A stretch of DNA of 51,559 nt, from assembly GCA_016934475.1 (NCBI GenBank), contig JAFGST010000010.1:1-51559 (forward strand), written 5' to 3'. Source of the DNA: Candidatus Aminicenantes bacterium. GTDB lineage: Bacteria > Acidobacteriota > Aminicenantia > UBA2199. Numbering within the stretch: position 1 is the stretch's first letter; every line of letters begins with the position of its first letter. A program made the position numbers and the translations under genes. Below, piece by piece: positions 20,441 through 30,668 of this stretch. The notes under the pieces were generated by a model, which was not told where the DNA came from, did not search any database, and saw only the letters and a list, made by a program, of their open reading frames with translations.

Positions 20441-21628
20441 ATGAAAAGGAAGATCGCCGTCGTGGTGCAGCGCTATGGCTTGGAGATCAACGGCGGCGCC
20501 GAATACCACGCGCGCTTGATCGCGGAGATGCTGAATCGGCACTTCAGCGTCGAGGTCTTCACCACCTCGGCCTTCGATTACGTCACCTGGGCCCACCATT
20601 ACCCCGCGGTCAGGGAGGAGCTAAACGGCATCCCGGTCCATCGTTTCCGGGTACAGCGGTCCCGCGATCCCGAGGCCTTCGGGCGCATCCAGCAGCGTAT
20701 CCTTAAGGAGGAGCACATCCTGGACGACGAGCTGCGCTGGCTGGAGGAGGAAGGCCCTCTGGTTCCCGGCCTGCTGCGGGAGCTCCAACGGCGGGAAGCG
20801 GAGTTCGCTTATTTTGTTTTTTTCTCCTACCGCTACTACCACTCCTATCACGGGATTGAAACGTTCCGCCGCAAGGTCATCCTGGTCCCCACGGCCGAAC
20901 ACGACCAGGTGGTCCATCTCAGCCTCTTCCGGGACAGCTTCAACCTGCCGGCGGCGATCGTCTACAATTCGCCGGAAGAGAGGGAATTGATCCAGAAGGT
21001 TTCCGGCAACGCCGGAGTTCCCGGGGAGGTGATCGGTGTCGGCTCCGAGGTGCCCGATCGCTTTGATCCCCGGACAACCTGCGCCCGGCTGGGCATCGAG
21101 GGCAGTTACGCCATCTATATCGGCCGCCTGGACGAGAACAAGGGGGTTCCCGAGCTTTTCCGCTTCTATCTGCGGCTGAAGTCCGAAGAAAGGATCGGGC
21201 TGAAGCTGGTGTTGGTCGGCAAGGCCTATGTCCCGGTCCCGGAGGATCCCGATATCATCCACGTGGGTTTCCAGGAGAACAAGGAGAAATTCGACCTGCT
21301 CATGGGAGCGGACTTCCTGCTCATGCCGTCGCAGTTCGAGTCGCTCTCCATGGTCGCCATCGAGGCGTGGGCCGTCGGCAAGCCGGTGCTGGCCAATGGC
21401 CGCACCGACGTGCTGCGCGGCCAGTGCCGGCGCAGCCATGCCGGTCTCTGGTACTTGGATTACGACGAGTTCCGCGAGGCCTTCCTGGTCTTGGAGCGCA
21501 ATCCCCCGCTGCGTTCGGGACTGGGGCGGAACGGGATGGAATTCTATCGCCGGAATTATTCCTGGCAGGTCATCGAGGGCAAGTACCTGGATTTCATCAC
21601 GCGCCTCGATGGGACGGCGCGGCCTTGA
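20441..21628 (+). CDS. Glycosyltransferase family 4 (GT-B)
   Basis: VVQRYG..INGGAE, YIGRLDENKG and PSQFESLSMVAIEAW..GKPVL motifs. Confidence 0.9.
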   Translation: MKRKIAVVVQRYGLEINGGAEYHARLIAEMLNRHFSVEVFTTSAFDYVTWAHHYPAVREELNGIPVHRFRVQRSRDPEAFGRIQQRILKEEHILDDELRWLEEEGPLVPGLLRELQRREAEFAYFVFFSYRYYHSYHGIETFRRKVILVPTAEHDQVVHLSLFRDSFNLPAAIVYNSPEERELIQKVSGNAGVPGEVIGVGSEVPDRFDPRTTCARLGIEGSYAIYIGRLDENKGVPELFRFYLRLKSEERIGLKLVLVGKAYVPVPEDPDIIHVGFQENKEKFDLLMGADFLLMPSQFESLSMVAIEAWAVGKPVLANGRTDVLRGQCRRSHAGLWYLDYDEFREAFLVLERNPPLRSGLGRNGMEFYRRNYSWQVIEGKYLDFITRLDGTARP

Positions 21629-21634
21629 TGAAGG

Positions 21635-23002
21635 TCAAGGCAGCAGCTGGTACTTTTTGATCTTGGACAGCAGGTTGACCCGCGATATCCCAAGAATCTT
21701 CGCCGCCTGGCTCTTGTTCCCCTTGGTGTGGCCAAGGATCCGCCGGATGTGCTCTTTCTCGATCTCGCTCAGTGATTTCAGGGCCTGGCCGCTGTCGGAC
21801 GTCTCCTGGATGCGGGAGTTCTCCAGGAAGTAGTGCGGGAGCGATTTCTTGTGCAGCTCGCTCCCGCTTTCGATGATGACGGCGCTGTTGATGATGTTCA
21901 TCAGCTCGCGGACATTTCCGGGGAAATCGTATTGTTTCAGCAGGCGCATGGCGCCCTCGGAGAGCTTCTGGATGGCTTTCTCGTTCTGCTCGTTGTACCT
22001 TTCCAGGAAGTACTGGCACAGCAGCGGGATGTCGCCCTTGCGCTCGCGCAGCGGCGGAAGGTAGACGGAGCTCATGTTCAAGCGATAAAAGAGGTCCTTG
22101 CGGAAATTCCCCTTCTTCATCTCGCTGAGAAGGTCCTTGTTGGTGGCGGCGATGATGCGCACGTCCACTTTCTGGTTCTTGGTCGATCCCAGCCGGAAAA
22201 ATTCCCCCTCCTGGAGAACCCGCAGCAGCTTCACCTGGATGGGAAGGGCCAGTTCGCCGATCTCGTCGAGGAACAATGTGCCCTTGTCGGCTTCTTCCAG
22301 GAAGCCTTTCTTGGCCGCGCTGGCACCGGTGAAGGCGCCCTTGTCGTGGCCGAAGAACTCGGAGGCGAACAGCTCGTTGGCGAAAGTTCCGGCGTTGACG
22401 GCGACGAAATGCTCGTCGCGGCGCCGGCTGATGCGGTGGATGGCCTTGGCGATCAACTCCTTGCCCGTTCCGCTTTCTCCCCAGATCAGGATGCTGTTGT
22501 CGGGCTGGGCCATCTTCTCGACCATCTGGAACAGCTTGATCATATCGTCGTCCTGGGTGATGATCTCCTGGAAGGCCTCCTTGAATTTCAGCTGGTCCAG
22601 GGATACGGCGGCTTCGGAGGCGGTCGCCCCCCGGGCGCCGCGGGTTTCCAGCACCGAGGTGATGATCTTCAGGAGCTGGTCGTTGTCGACGGGCTTGGTC
22701 AGGTAGTCGAAGGCGCCGAGCTTCATCGCCGAGACGGCCAGTTCCACGTCCTCCACGCCGGTGAGCACGATGGTCTCGATGTCGATGTTCCTGTCCTTGA
22801 TGAACTTCAGGATGTCCAGGCCGGTCACTTCGGGCATGTCCATGTCCAGCAGCAGGAGGTCGTAGCTGTTCTTGCGCAATTCCTGGAGGGCCTTGCTGCT
22901 GTTGGCCAGCACGGTGACTTCGTAGGCCCCGGTCTGCAGCAGCATGATGTTCAGGTAGTTCAGTACCGCCTGGTCGTCGTCGATGGCCAAGATCTTCTTC
23001 AT
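21635..23002 (-). CDS. sigma54-dependent response regulator (NtrC/AtoC-type REC-AAA+-Fis HTH)
   Basis: IDDD and LLDMDMP receiver motifs, GESGTGKE, GAFTGA, FLDEIGE, FRKDLFYRL, PGNVREL, C-terminal GNKSQAAKILGISR. Confidence 0.95.
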   Translation of the reverse strand: MKKILAIDDDQAVLNYLNIMLLQTGAYEVTVLANSSKALQELRKNSYDLLLLDMDMPEVTGLDILKFIKDRNIDIETIVLTGVEDVELAVSAMKLGAFDYLTKPVDNDQLLKIITSVLETRGARGATASEAAVSLDQLKFKEAFQEIITQDDDMIKLFQMVEKMAQPDNSILIWGESGTGKELIAKAIHRISRRRDEHFVAVNAGTFANELFASEFFGHDKGAFTGASAAKKGFLEEADKGTLFLDEIGELALPIQVKLLRVLQEGEFFRLGSTKNQKVDVRIIAATNKDLLSEMKKGNFRKDLFYRLNMSSVYLPPLRERKGDIPLLCQYFLERYNEQNEKAIQKLSEGAMRLLKQYDFPGNVRELMNIINSAVIIESGSELHKKSLPHYFLENSRIQETSDSGQALKSLSEIEKEHIRRILGHTKGNKSQAAKILGISRVNLLSKIKKYQLLP

Positions 23003-25107
23003 GGCGTTGCCCTCGGCGCGAGCGGAATGTGGATCGAGAACGTCGTGCCCGCCCCAACCTTGCTGTCCACCGCGATCCGTCCCTTGTGGTCCTTGATGAT
23101 CCCGTAGGCGATCGACAGTCCCAGCCCGGTGCCGCCCTGGTTCCTCTTGGTGGTGAAGAAAGGATCGAAGATCTGCTTGAGCGTCTTTTCGTCGATGCCG
23201 CTGCCGTTATCACGGATCTGAAGCAGGTTTTCGTTTTCCTTTTCCAGGTACTCGGTGCGGACGGCGATCGAGCCCATCTTTTTCTCGATGGCCTGCGAGG
23301 CGTTGATCAGGATGTTGACCAGAACCTGCTCCAGGCGCTGGAAGTTGCCCTTGATTCTCGGGAGGCGCTCGTCCAGCTCCAGCGTGACTTTGGCCTTGCG
23401 CCCGATCTGGTTGGAGACCAGGCGCAGGCAGCTATGGATGATCTCGTTGAGGTCCACCTCGTCGTTCAGCACGCCGTCGTCCCGCTTGGCGAACTTGCGC
23501 AGGCCGTCGACGATGGCCTTGATGCGGTTGGCTCCCTGGGCCATGTCTTCCAGCAGGATCAAAATGTTGCTGCGGAAAACGTCGTAGTTCAGGCGGGCGA
23601 TCTGCAGGTTCCCCTTCTTGCTGGAGTGTTCGTCAAGAATGGGCAGGATGTCCTTCATCGCCTCCTGGATGATCGACACGTTGCCGCGGATGAAGGTGTT
23701 GGGATTGTTGATCTCGTGGGCGATGCCCGAGACCAGCTGGCCCAGCGAGGCCAGCTTGTCGGTCTGCATCAGCTGCAGCTCCATGTTTTTCTGCTTGGTG
23801 ATCAGGCGCGAGAATTCCAGCACGCCATCCACCTCTCCCCGCTCGTCGAAGATCGGGTAGGCCTGCAGCAGGTAGTAATCGTCGGCGATCTTTTCCTCCA
23901 GGGTGATGGATTTTCTCTGCTGGAAGGCCATGGCTCCCGGGCAGGGCTGGCAGGGCTGGGAGCGGCCGAAGATCTTGGCGTAGCATTTGCCGTCGTGATT
24001 GCCCTCCTTGCGATTGGCCATCTTGACGTTGAAGTCGCGATCGATCATGACCACCTGGTCGGTGATGGCGTCGAAGAGCGTCTGCAGCTTGTTCCAGCTC
24101 TCCTTCAGCTTCTCGGTGAGCGAAACGAGTTCCTCGTTTTTGTGGATCAGCAGGTCCTTTTGCATTTCCAGGTCGGCCGTCCTGGCCTGGACGATCTTTT
24201 CCAGGTTTTCGTTTTGCTTGATCAGCTCCTGCTCCAGTTCCTTGCGCAGGCGGATGTCCTTGTAGACCTCCTCGATGCAGCGCCGGCCGTCGAAGTCGAC
24301 GAGAATGAACGAGCCGATGACCGGGCATTGCTTGCCCCGGGAATCGATCAGGCTCATCTCCATTCCCTCCAGGAATCCCTTTTCCTTCAGCTTTTTGAAA
24401 ATAAAGGGGCGGATGAGCGGGATGTTGGCGTACAGCTTGTCCTTGACGAAGTTCAGGTGGACCGATCCGTCCTCGGGGTAGTGCAGCATGCGATAGAAGG
24501 CGCGGTTGGCCTTGAGGATGTCGCCGTTCAGCTCGGAGATGACGATGCCGTCGGGCGCGTTCTCGAAAAGGTCCTCGAAGCGCTTCGTCGACTTTTCCAG
24601 CTCCCGGGTCTTGTCCTTGACCATTTCCTTCAACTTGCCGACGTACTTTTGCAGCTCCAGTTGCAGTTCGTGCTTCTCGACCGCCTTGGAGATCATGCGG
24701 CCGATCTCCCCGATGAGCTTCTTTTCCTCCTCGAGGAACTCGCCTTTCTCCCGGTACGCGACCTGGGCGTATCCCCTGGGAAGCCCGTTGACCACGATGT
24801 CGGCCCGGATGGCGCTGACGATGTCGGCGCAGTGGTTCTTGCCGCCGGGATAGCGGGTTCGATCCAGCATAATGCAGCCGCGCGCCTTCTCCGGATACTG
24901 GAATCCCTTTACCAGGTGCGAAGCGGACTGCTCCAGGACCTGTTTGAGCCCCTTGCCCGCCTCGATCTGGGAACTGATGATATAGAGGCACTCCAGTTCC
25001 TTGATCCGCTCCTTGAGGTCGTGCTCGAGCTTGCGGGCGCACTCGATGCATTCCTTCCGCTGGGGCTGCTTCTGCACCCTGGCCGTCGTCTTGCTGCCTT
25101 TTGCCAC
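22999..25107 (-). CDS. Cytoplasmic PAS-domain sensor histidine kinase
   Basis: N-terminal ERIKELECLY domain, two PAS-like segments, H-box GIAHEINNP, NILINA, DNGSG, FDPFFTTK and GTGLGL. No TM helix. Confidence 0.92.
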   Translation of the reverse strand: MAKGSKTTARVQKQPQRKECIECARKLEHDLKERIKELECLYIISSQIEAGKGLKQVLEQSASHLVKGFQYPEKARGCIMLDRTRYPGGKNHCADIVSAIRADIVVNGLPRGYAQVAYREKGEFLEEEKKLIGEIGRMISKAVEKHELQLELQKYVGKLKEMVKDKTRELEKSTKRFEDLFENAPDGIVISELNGDILKANRAFYRMLHYPEDGSVHLNFVKDKLYANIPLIRPFIFKKLKEKGFLEGMEMSLIDSRGKQCPVIGSFILVDFDGRRCIEEVYKDIRLRKELEQELIKQNENLEKIVQARTADLEMQKDLLIHKNEELVSLTEKLKESWNKLQTLFDAITDQVVMIDRDFNVKMANRKEGNHDGKCYAKIFGRSQPCQPCPGAMAFQQRKSITLEEKIADDYYLLQAYPIFDERGEVDGVLEFSRLITKQKNMELQLMQTDKLASLGQLVSGIAHEINNPNTFIRGNVSIIQEAMKDILPILDEHSSKKGNLQIARLNYDVFRSNILILLEDMAQGANRIKAIVDGLRKFAKRDDGVLNDEVDLNEIIHSCLRLVSNQIGRKAKVTLELDERLPRIKGNFQRLEQVLVNILINASQAIEKKMGSIAVRTEYLEKENENLLQIRDNGSGIDEKTLKQIFDPFFTTKRNQGGTGLGLSIAYGIIKDHKGRIAVDSKVGAGTTFSIHIPLAPRATP

Positions 25108-25122
25108 GGGGATATTATAGCA
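25108..25122 (-). promoter_or_regulatory. Internal extended -10 promoter for the histidine kinase (probably leaderless)
   Basis: Minus strand TG-C-TATAAT-ATCCCC-GTG. The -10 box contains the upstream gene's TAA stop. Confidence 0.6.
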
Positions 25123-28100
25123 CCAATTTGCTTTTGATTTTTGTTCTCAGGTAGTTTTCGCTGGAGAGTAGCGGCTGTTTCTCGCGGCTGTGGATGGCCA
25201 GGTCGATGGCCAGGGGGAGAAAGTGGGCCTTGCCTCCCGCAGTGGCGAACGTTTCCCTGAAGAGCCGACCTCCCCAAAAACCGCCGTCGGCGACCTCTCG
25301 GTAATAGGGATTGGCCTCGGTGATCTCCCGGAAGACTGCGGCGGCATCGATGTCCTGAAGGGGCTGGCCGGTAAGCTGGGCCAGCCTGCCGATGACTTCC
25401 AGGTTGGTCATGCCGCTGCGCGCCGGCAGGAGCGCGGCGCAGCGCTGGACGCGCCGGTCGCAGGCGGTGTAGGTGCCGTCGCTTTCCAGTGGGGTCGACA
25501 TGGGCAGGATGACATCGGCCTCGGCGGCGCTGGCCGTCAGAAAAAAGTCGGCCACGAGCTTGAATTCCACCGCGGACAGCAGGCTCCCGGCTCCACTGGC
25601 GGCCAGGGGATCCTCGCCGAAGACCAAAAGCGCCTTCACCTCGCCCTTCTTCAACCTGGCGGCCAGGTCGACCGGCGTAAATATCCTCTCCAGGGGGGCC
25701 TTCCACATGGCGCTCAAGTGGGCAATCCCGTCCTGGCCGGGGCGGACGAAACCGGGCAGCCAGCGGGGATCACATCCCATGTCGAGGAGTCCCTGGGCAT
25801 TGGCGTAGTCGCGGATGAGCAGCAGGCCGTTTCCGGGCTTGCCGGATTTTCCCAGCAGCAGCATCAGGTTCCCCAGGGCCTTCAGCTCGTCGCGCGATCG
25901 TTCCAGGTATTCGTCCATGCCGTAGACAATCACCAGGTTGGGCGACCCGGCCAGCAGCTCGACGACGCGCTCGAATTTCTCCTTTTCCATGGCCGTTTTG
26001 GCCAGGGCTTGCTTGGGGCCCAGCTTGACGATCGAGGCCTGGAATTGCGCGAAGTCTTCGCAGCGGCGCTCGATGAACTCCCGGTCGATGACCCCCTTCT
26101 TGATCAGGGCGCCGGCGATGCCCGCCAACAGGGAGGTGTTGCTGCCCCGCTTGGGATCGAGCCACAGGTCGGCGATTTTGCTGAGAGTGTTTTCCGATGA
26201 GCTGATGGAGACCAGGCGGGCCCCCCTCTTGATCGCCTCCTTGATCTTCAGTTCGGCCACCAGGTTGTTCTCGGTCAGCTCGGCGTTCACGACCAGGATG
26301 ACATCGGCCTTGGCCAGATCGTCCATCGTCGTTGTGGAGGTCGTGAACCCGAGCATATCGTCGAGGGCGTCGAGTTCGTGTCCGTCAAACATGTTGCTGA
26401 AGCTGCCGATCATATTGGTTTGCCAGCCGGAGCGCACCCATTTCTGTAGCAGGTACAGCTCCTCGTTGGCCATGCGCGGGGAGGCGAATACGGCCACGGA
26501 CTCGGTCCCATGCGCCTGAATGACGGCCTGGATCCTGGCGGCGGCGAGGGTGAGCGCCTCGTCCCAGGACGCTTCCCGAAGTCCGTTCCCCTTCTTGACC
26601 CGGGGCGCGAGCAGGCGTCCTTTGTCCAGCATGTAGCGGTAGCCGAAGCGTCCTTTGTGGCAAAGGTAGCCCTTGTTGTGCGAGTCGCCGTTGACCGCCG
26701 CGACGGCAAAGGTGTCCCGATCGAAGATCTTGTACTGCAGCACGCAGCCGACGGAGCAGAAGTGACAAATCGAATCGGCTCTCCGGGCGGCCCAGGGTCC
26801 GGGTTTGGCGAACGGCAGGCTCTCGGCGATGGCGCCGGTGGGACAGGCGGCGATGCAATTGCCGCAGGAGATGCAGTTGGTTTCCAGAAGCTTTTTCTCC
26901 ATGGAGGGACGCACCACCGATTTGAAGCCGCGGTAGACGAAGCCCAGCGCCGAGACTTGGAGGACCTCCGAACAAGTGCGGACGCAACGGCCGCAGGCGA
27001 TGCATTTGTTCGGATCCAGCGTGATGAAGGGATGGCCCTTGTCGACCTTGTATTTTCTCACTTCACCGACGAATTTGGTGATGTCCACGCCAAAATCCAC
27101 GGCGTGCTTGCGCAGAGCGCAGTCGAAATACGCCGAGCAGCCGCATTCCAGGCAGCGGCCGGCCTCGTTTTGCGCCTGCTGCGGGGTGAAGCCCCTTTCT
27201 ACCTCCTCGAAGGTCTTGCCTCTGGATGCGGCCGGCAGTTCCGGCATTTTTTCCTTCGCGATCTTCGCGAAGTCGGCGAAATCGCTGTCGGGGATATCGC
27301 CGAAGGCCTCCTTGCGGCTGATGAATTCAGCCGTGCGGGCCTCGGCCTTGCCGTTGCGGACGTATTGATCGATGGACTCGGCGGCGCGCCTGCCCTGGGC
27401 GATGGCGTCAATGGCCACGGCCGGCCCGGTGGCCATGTCGCCGCCGACGAACACCCCTGGGATCGACGTTGCGAAAGTGCCTTCGTCGTAGACGGGGGTA
27501 TTATGACGGGTCGACTGCAGCCGCGGGTCCTTTTGCAGGCCGCACAGGTCGACGTCCTGGCCGATGGCCGAGATGACGAAGTCACAGGGCAGGCGGTACT
27601 CGGAATTCGCCAGCGGCACGGGGCTGCGCCGGCCGCTGGCATCGGGCTCTCCCAGCTCCATGCGGATGCAGGTCAGTGCCTGCAGCCGGCCGTTCTCCTG
27701 CAGCAGCTCGGTCGGTGCCGAAAGCTGGACCAGTTCGACGCCCTCCTCGAGGGCGGCCTCGATCTCCATGGAATGAGCCGGCATCTCCTTGCGCGTGCGG
27801 CGGTAGAGCAGCGTCACCTTGTCGGCTCCGAGCCTGAGGGCGGTGCGGGCGGCATCGATGGCCGTGTTGCCTCCACCGACCACGACGACCGTGCCGTAGA
27901 TCTCGGGCTTCTTTTCCCCCTGGAGCTGCCAGAGGAAATCGATGCCGCCCAGGACCCCGGTGATCTGGTCTTCGCCCGCCAGACGCATGCCCTTTGCCTT
28001 CTGGGCCCCGAAGGCAAGGAAAATGGAGTCATAGCCCTGCTTTTTGAGATCGTCGAGAGTGAAGTCCCGTCCCAGGGCGCTGCTGGTCTTCAGCGTTACT

Positions 28101-28867
28101 CCCAGGCCAGTGATCCAGCCGATCTCCTTGTCCAGCAGCTCTTTGGGCAGGCGGTACTCGGGGATGCCGTAGCGTAGCATGCCCCCGAGTGCCGGCGCTT
28201 TCTCGAAGAGGGTGACGGCGTATCCCTTGAGAATCAGGTAATAGGCGCAGGTCAGGCCGGCCGGCCCGCCGCCGACCACCGCCACCTTTTTACCGTTGGC
28301 CGGAGGCAGCGCCGGCGTCCAGGGATCTTCGATGTCGATGTCGGTGGCGTAGCGCTTCAGGTAGTCGATGCCCACGCGCTCGTCGACGCGGTTGCGGCGG
28401 CAGGCCACCTCGCATTCACGCACGCAGACGCGGCCGCAGACCAGGGGCAGGGGATTGGTCCTTTTGATCAGGCGAACCGCCTCGCGCTCCTTGCCCATGG
28501 CGATGAGGGCGATGTACCCCTGGACGTCGACGCCGGCCGGGCAAGTCTGCTGGCATGGAGCCAGGCAATCGGCGTAGTGGTTGGAGAGGAGCAGCTCCAG
28601 GGCGGTTTTCCGGGCCGCGCGGATGCGCGGATTGTCGGTGTGGACAACCATCTTGTCGGCGACCGGACTGGAGCACGACGGGATCAGCTTGGCGATCCCC
28701 TCGACCTCCACCACGCAGAGATAGCAGGAACCGTAGGGCGGGAGCTTCGGATCGTGGCACAGGGTCGGGATCTCGGCAAGGCGGTTCTCCTGGATGACCT
28801 CCAGGATGGTCTGCCCGGGCCGGGCAGTCACTTGCTTTCCATCGATATTGAGCGTGATCTTTTCCAT
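25115..28867 (-). CDS. Large oxidoreductase subunit: 2Fe-2S + GltD/NfnL-like FAD/NADPH module + 4Fe-4S + molybdopterin-oxidoreductase fold (BfuA/NsoC/SfrAB-like)
   Basis: IPTLCH..GSCYLC..PSC; APCQQTCP, CGRVC..CE..C; GGGPAGL, YGIPEYRL, GGGNTAID, YRRT; RCLECGC; CIACGRC..C, CISCGNC..CP; CHFCSVGC..CHKG; C-terminal ADVILP. Confidence 0.85.
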   Translation of the reverse strand: MEKITLNIDGKQVTARPGQTILEVIQENRLAEIPTLCHDPKLPPYGSCYLCVVEVEGIAKLIPSCSSPVADKMVVHTDNPRIRAARKTALELLLSNHYADCLAPCQQTCPAGVDVQGYIALIAMGKEREAVRLIKRTNPLPLVCGRVCVRECEVACRRNRVDERVGIDYLKRYATDIDIEDPWTPALPPANGKKVAVVGGGPAGLTCAYYLILKGYAVTLFEKAPALGGMLRYGIPEYRLPKELLDKEIGWITGLGVTLKTSSALGRDFTLDDLKKQGYDSIFLAFGAQKAKGMRLAGEDQITGVLGGIDFLWQLQGEKKPEIYGTVVVVGGGNTAIDAARTALRLGADKVTLLYRRTRKEMPAHSMEIEAALEEGVELVQLSAPTELLQENGRLQALTCIRMELGEPDASGRRSPVPLANSEYRLPCDFVISAIGQDVDLCGLQKDPRLQSTRHNTPVYDEGTFATSIPGVFVGGDMATGPAVAIDAIAQGRRAAESIDQYVRNGKAEARTAEFISRKEAFGDIPDSDFADFAKIAKEKMPELPAASRGKTFEEVERGFTPQQAQNEAGRCLECGCSAYFDCALRKHAVDFGVDITKFVGEVRKYKVDKGHPFITLDPNKCIACGRCVRTCSEVLQVSALGFVYRGFKSVVRPSMEKKLLETNCISCGNCIAACPTGAIAESLPFAKPGPWAARRADSICHFCSVGCVLQYKIFDRDTFAVAAVNGDSHNKGYLCHKGRFGYRYMLDKGRLLAPRVKKGNGLREASWDEALTLAAARIQAVIQAHGTESVAVFASPRMANEELYLLQKWVRSGWQTNMIGSFSNMFDGHELDALDDMLGFTTSTTTMDDLAKADVILVVNAELTENNLVAELKIKEAIKRGARLVSISSSENTLSKIADLWLDPKRGSNTSLLAGIAGALIKKGVIDREFIERRCEDFAQFQASIVKLGPKQALAKTAMEKEKFERVVELLAGSPNLVIVYGMDEYLERSRDELKALGNLMLLLGKSGKPGNGLLLIRDYANAQGLLDMGCDPRWLPGFVRPGQDGIAHLSAMWKAPLERIFTPVDLAARLKKGEVKALLVFGEDPLAASGAGSLLSAVEFKLVADFFLTASAAEADVILPMSTPLESDGTYTACDRRVQRCAALLPARSGMTNLEVIGRLAQLTGQPLQDIDAAAVFREITEANPYYREVADGGFWGGRLFRETFATAGGKAHFLPLAIDLAIHSREKQPLLSSENYLRTKIKSKLVL

Positions 28868-28880
28868 GGAGCTTTCCTCT

Positions 28881-30647
28881 TCAGTCCTTGACGATGGCGT
28901 TGAAATTGCAGGTCTCGAAACACTTACCGCATTTGATGCATGCGGCCGGGTCAATACGGTGCGGCTGTTTCTTCCCTCCCTGGATCGCCCCGACCGGGCA
29001 GACCCTGGCGCACAGGGTGCATCCCGTGCATTTGTCCTCCAGGATGAAGAAGGTCAGCAGCGGGCCGCAGCTGTGGGCCGGGCATTTCTTCTGGCGGATG
29101 TGGATCTCGTATTCGTCGCGAAAGTACTTCAGCGTGGTCAAGACCGGATTGGGCGCGGTCTGCCCCAGGCCGCAGATGGTGTTGCTGCGGATCTTCTCGG
29201 CCAGGTCCTCCAGAAGCTCGATGTCGCCCTCCCGGCCGCGGCCGTCGGTGATGCGCTCCAGGATCTCCAGCATGCGCTTCGTGCCGATGCGGCAAAAGGT
29301 GCATTTGCCGCAGCTCTCGTCCTGGGTGAAGCGCAGGAAGAACTTGGCCATCTCCACCATGCAGGTCGTCTCGTCCATGACCACCATGCCGCCTGAGCCC
29401 ATGATGGCCCCGGTCTTGTTGATCTGCTGGTAGTCAATCTGCAGATCGCCCATGCTTGCCGGGATGCAGCCGCCTGAGGGACCGCCCATCTGCACGGCCT
29501 TGAACTTCTTGCCGTCGCGGATGCCGCCGCCGATGTCGTAAATAATCTCCTTGATCGTGATCCCCATGGGCACTTCCACCAAGCCTCCGCGGGCGATCTT
29601 GCCGGCCAGGGCGAACACCTTGGTGCCCTTGCTGTTCTCGGTGCCCAGGGCGGCGAAGGCCGGGGCCCCGTTGGCGATGATCCAGGGAACGTTGGCATAG
29701 GTCTCGACGTTGTTGATGTTGGTCGGCTTGCCCCACAGGCCGCGCTGGGCGGGGAAAGGCGGGCGAAAGCGCGGCATGCCGCGCTGGCCCTCGATGGAGG
29801 CGATCAGGGCGGTCTCCTCGCCGCAGACAAAGGCTCCGGCTCCCTCCTTGATGTGGATCTTCAGGTTCATCGTGGAGCCGAAGATGCTCTTTCCCAGGAA
29901 TCCCCTCTTGCCGGCTTCTCGGATCGAGTGCCGCAGGCGGCGGACGGCCATGGGGTATTCGGCGCGGACGTAGATATAGGCCTCATCGGCCCCGCAGGCA
30001 TAGGCGCTGATCATCATTCCTTCCAGCACCGAGTGCGGATCGCCCTCCAGGGTGCTGCGGTCCATGAAGGCCCCCGGGTCGCCTTCGTCGGCGTTGCAGA
30101 TGATGTATTTCTTGTCGCCGGCCGCCTGGCGGCAGAAGCGCCATTTCAGGCCGGTCAGAAAGCCGGCGCCGCCGCGGCCGCGCAGGCCCGATTGCAGGAT
30201 GATCTCGGTGACCTCTTCGGGAGTGTATAGCTCCAGGGCCTTGCGGATGGATCCGTAGCCGCCACGGGCGATGTACTCGTCGATGGAGTCGGGATCGATG
30301 ACGCCGCAATTGCGCAGGACGATCCGTTTCTGCTTGGCGAAGAACGTATCCTCCTTCTCCTTGTCCAGGCCGCGGACGATCCATTCGGCGACGGGCTTGT
30401 CCTGCAGCACCTGCTCGTCCAGGATCCGCTTCACTTTGTCGGGCGTGACGTTCCCGTACATGGTTTCGCGCCCGTCCTCATCGATGACCTCGAGCAGGAC
30501 TTCCTGATAGCAGTTTCCCTTGCAGCCGGTCTCCATCAGCCGCACCGGGATCTTCTCCTTGGCGATCTCGCTCTTCAGGGCGGCCAGCACCTTCTCCCCG
30601 CCCGCCGAGACGCCGCAGGTGCCTAGGCCGATTTTTATGGTTTTCAT
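28881..30647 (-). CDS. NuoF/HydB-like NADH-binding FMN Fe-S subunit (BfuB type)
   Basis: N-terminal thioredoxin-like 2Fe-2S cysteines, SGLRGRGGAGF, CNADEGDPGAFMDR, GAFVCGEETAL, NNVET, GGPSGG, SCGKCTFCR and two C-terminal 4Fe-4S motifs. Confidence 0.92.
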   Translation of the reverse strand: MKTIKIGLGTCGVSAGGEKVLAALKSEIAKEKIPVRLMETGCKGNCYQEVLLEVIDEDGRETMYGNVTPDKVKRILDEQVLQDKPVAEWIVRGLDKEKEDTFFAKQKRIVLRNCGVIDPDSIDEYIARGGYGSIRKALELYTPEEVTEIILQSGLRGRGGAGFLTGLKWRFCRQAAGDKKYIICNADEGDPGAFMDRSTLEGDPHSVLEGMMISAYACGADEAYIYVRAEYPMAVRRLRHSIREAGKRGFLGKSIFGSTMNLKIHIKEGAGAFVCGEETALIASIEGQRGMPRFRPPFPAQRGLWGKPTNINNVETYANVPWIIANGAPAFAALGTENSKGTKVFALAGKIARGGLVEVPMGITIKEIIYDIGGGIRDGKKFKAVQMGGPSGGCIPASMGDLQIDYQQINKTGAIMGSGGMVVMDETTCMVEMAKFFLRFTQDESCGKCTFCRIGTKRMLEILERITDGRGREGDIELLEDLAEKIRSNTICGLGQTAPNPVLTTLKYFRDEYEIHIRQKKCPAHSCGPLLTFFILEDKCTGCTLCARVCPVGAIQGGKKQPHRIDPAACIKCGKCFETCNFNAIVKD

Positions 30648-30668
30648 TGCGATTCTCCTTGCACGGAT

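Noticed and set aside
23029-25137. 702-aa plus-strand ORF exactly opposite the histidine kinase
   Set aside because: Antisense shadow from GC-biased codon usage; no motifs, and it mirrors a well-supported gene. The same applies to 2317-4203, 9120-10529, 11868-13379, 26510-28177, 32604-34928, 41676-42899 and 44977-46359.
25115-28867. Formate dehydrogenase, selenoprotein or [FeFe]-hydrogenase call
   Set aside because: No Cys/Sec at the Mo-ligand position, no in-frame TGA and no H-cluster motifs.
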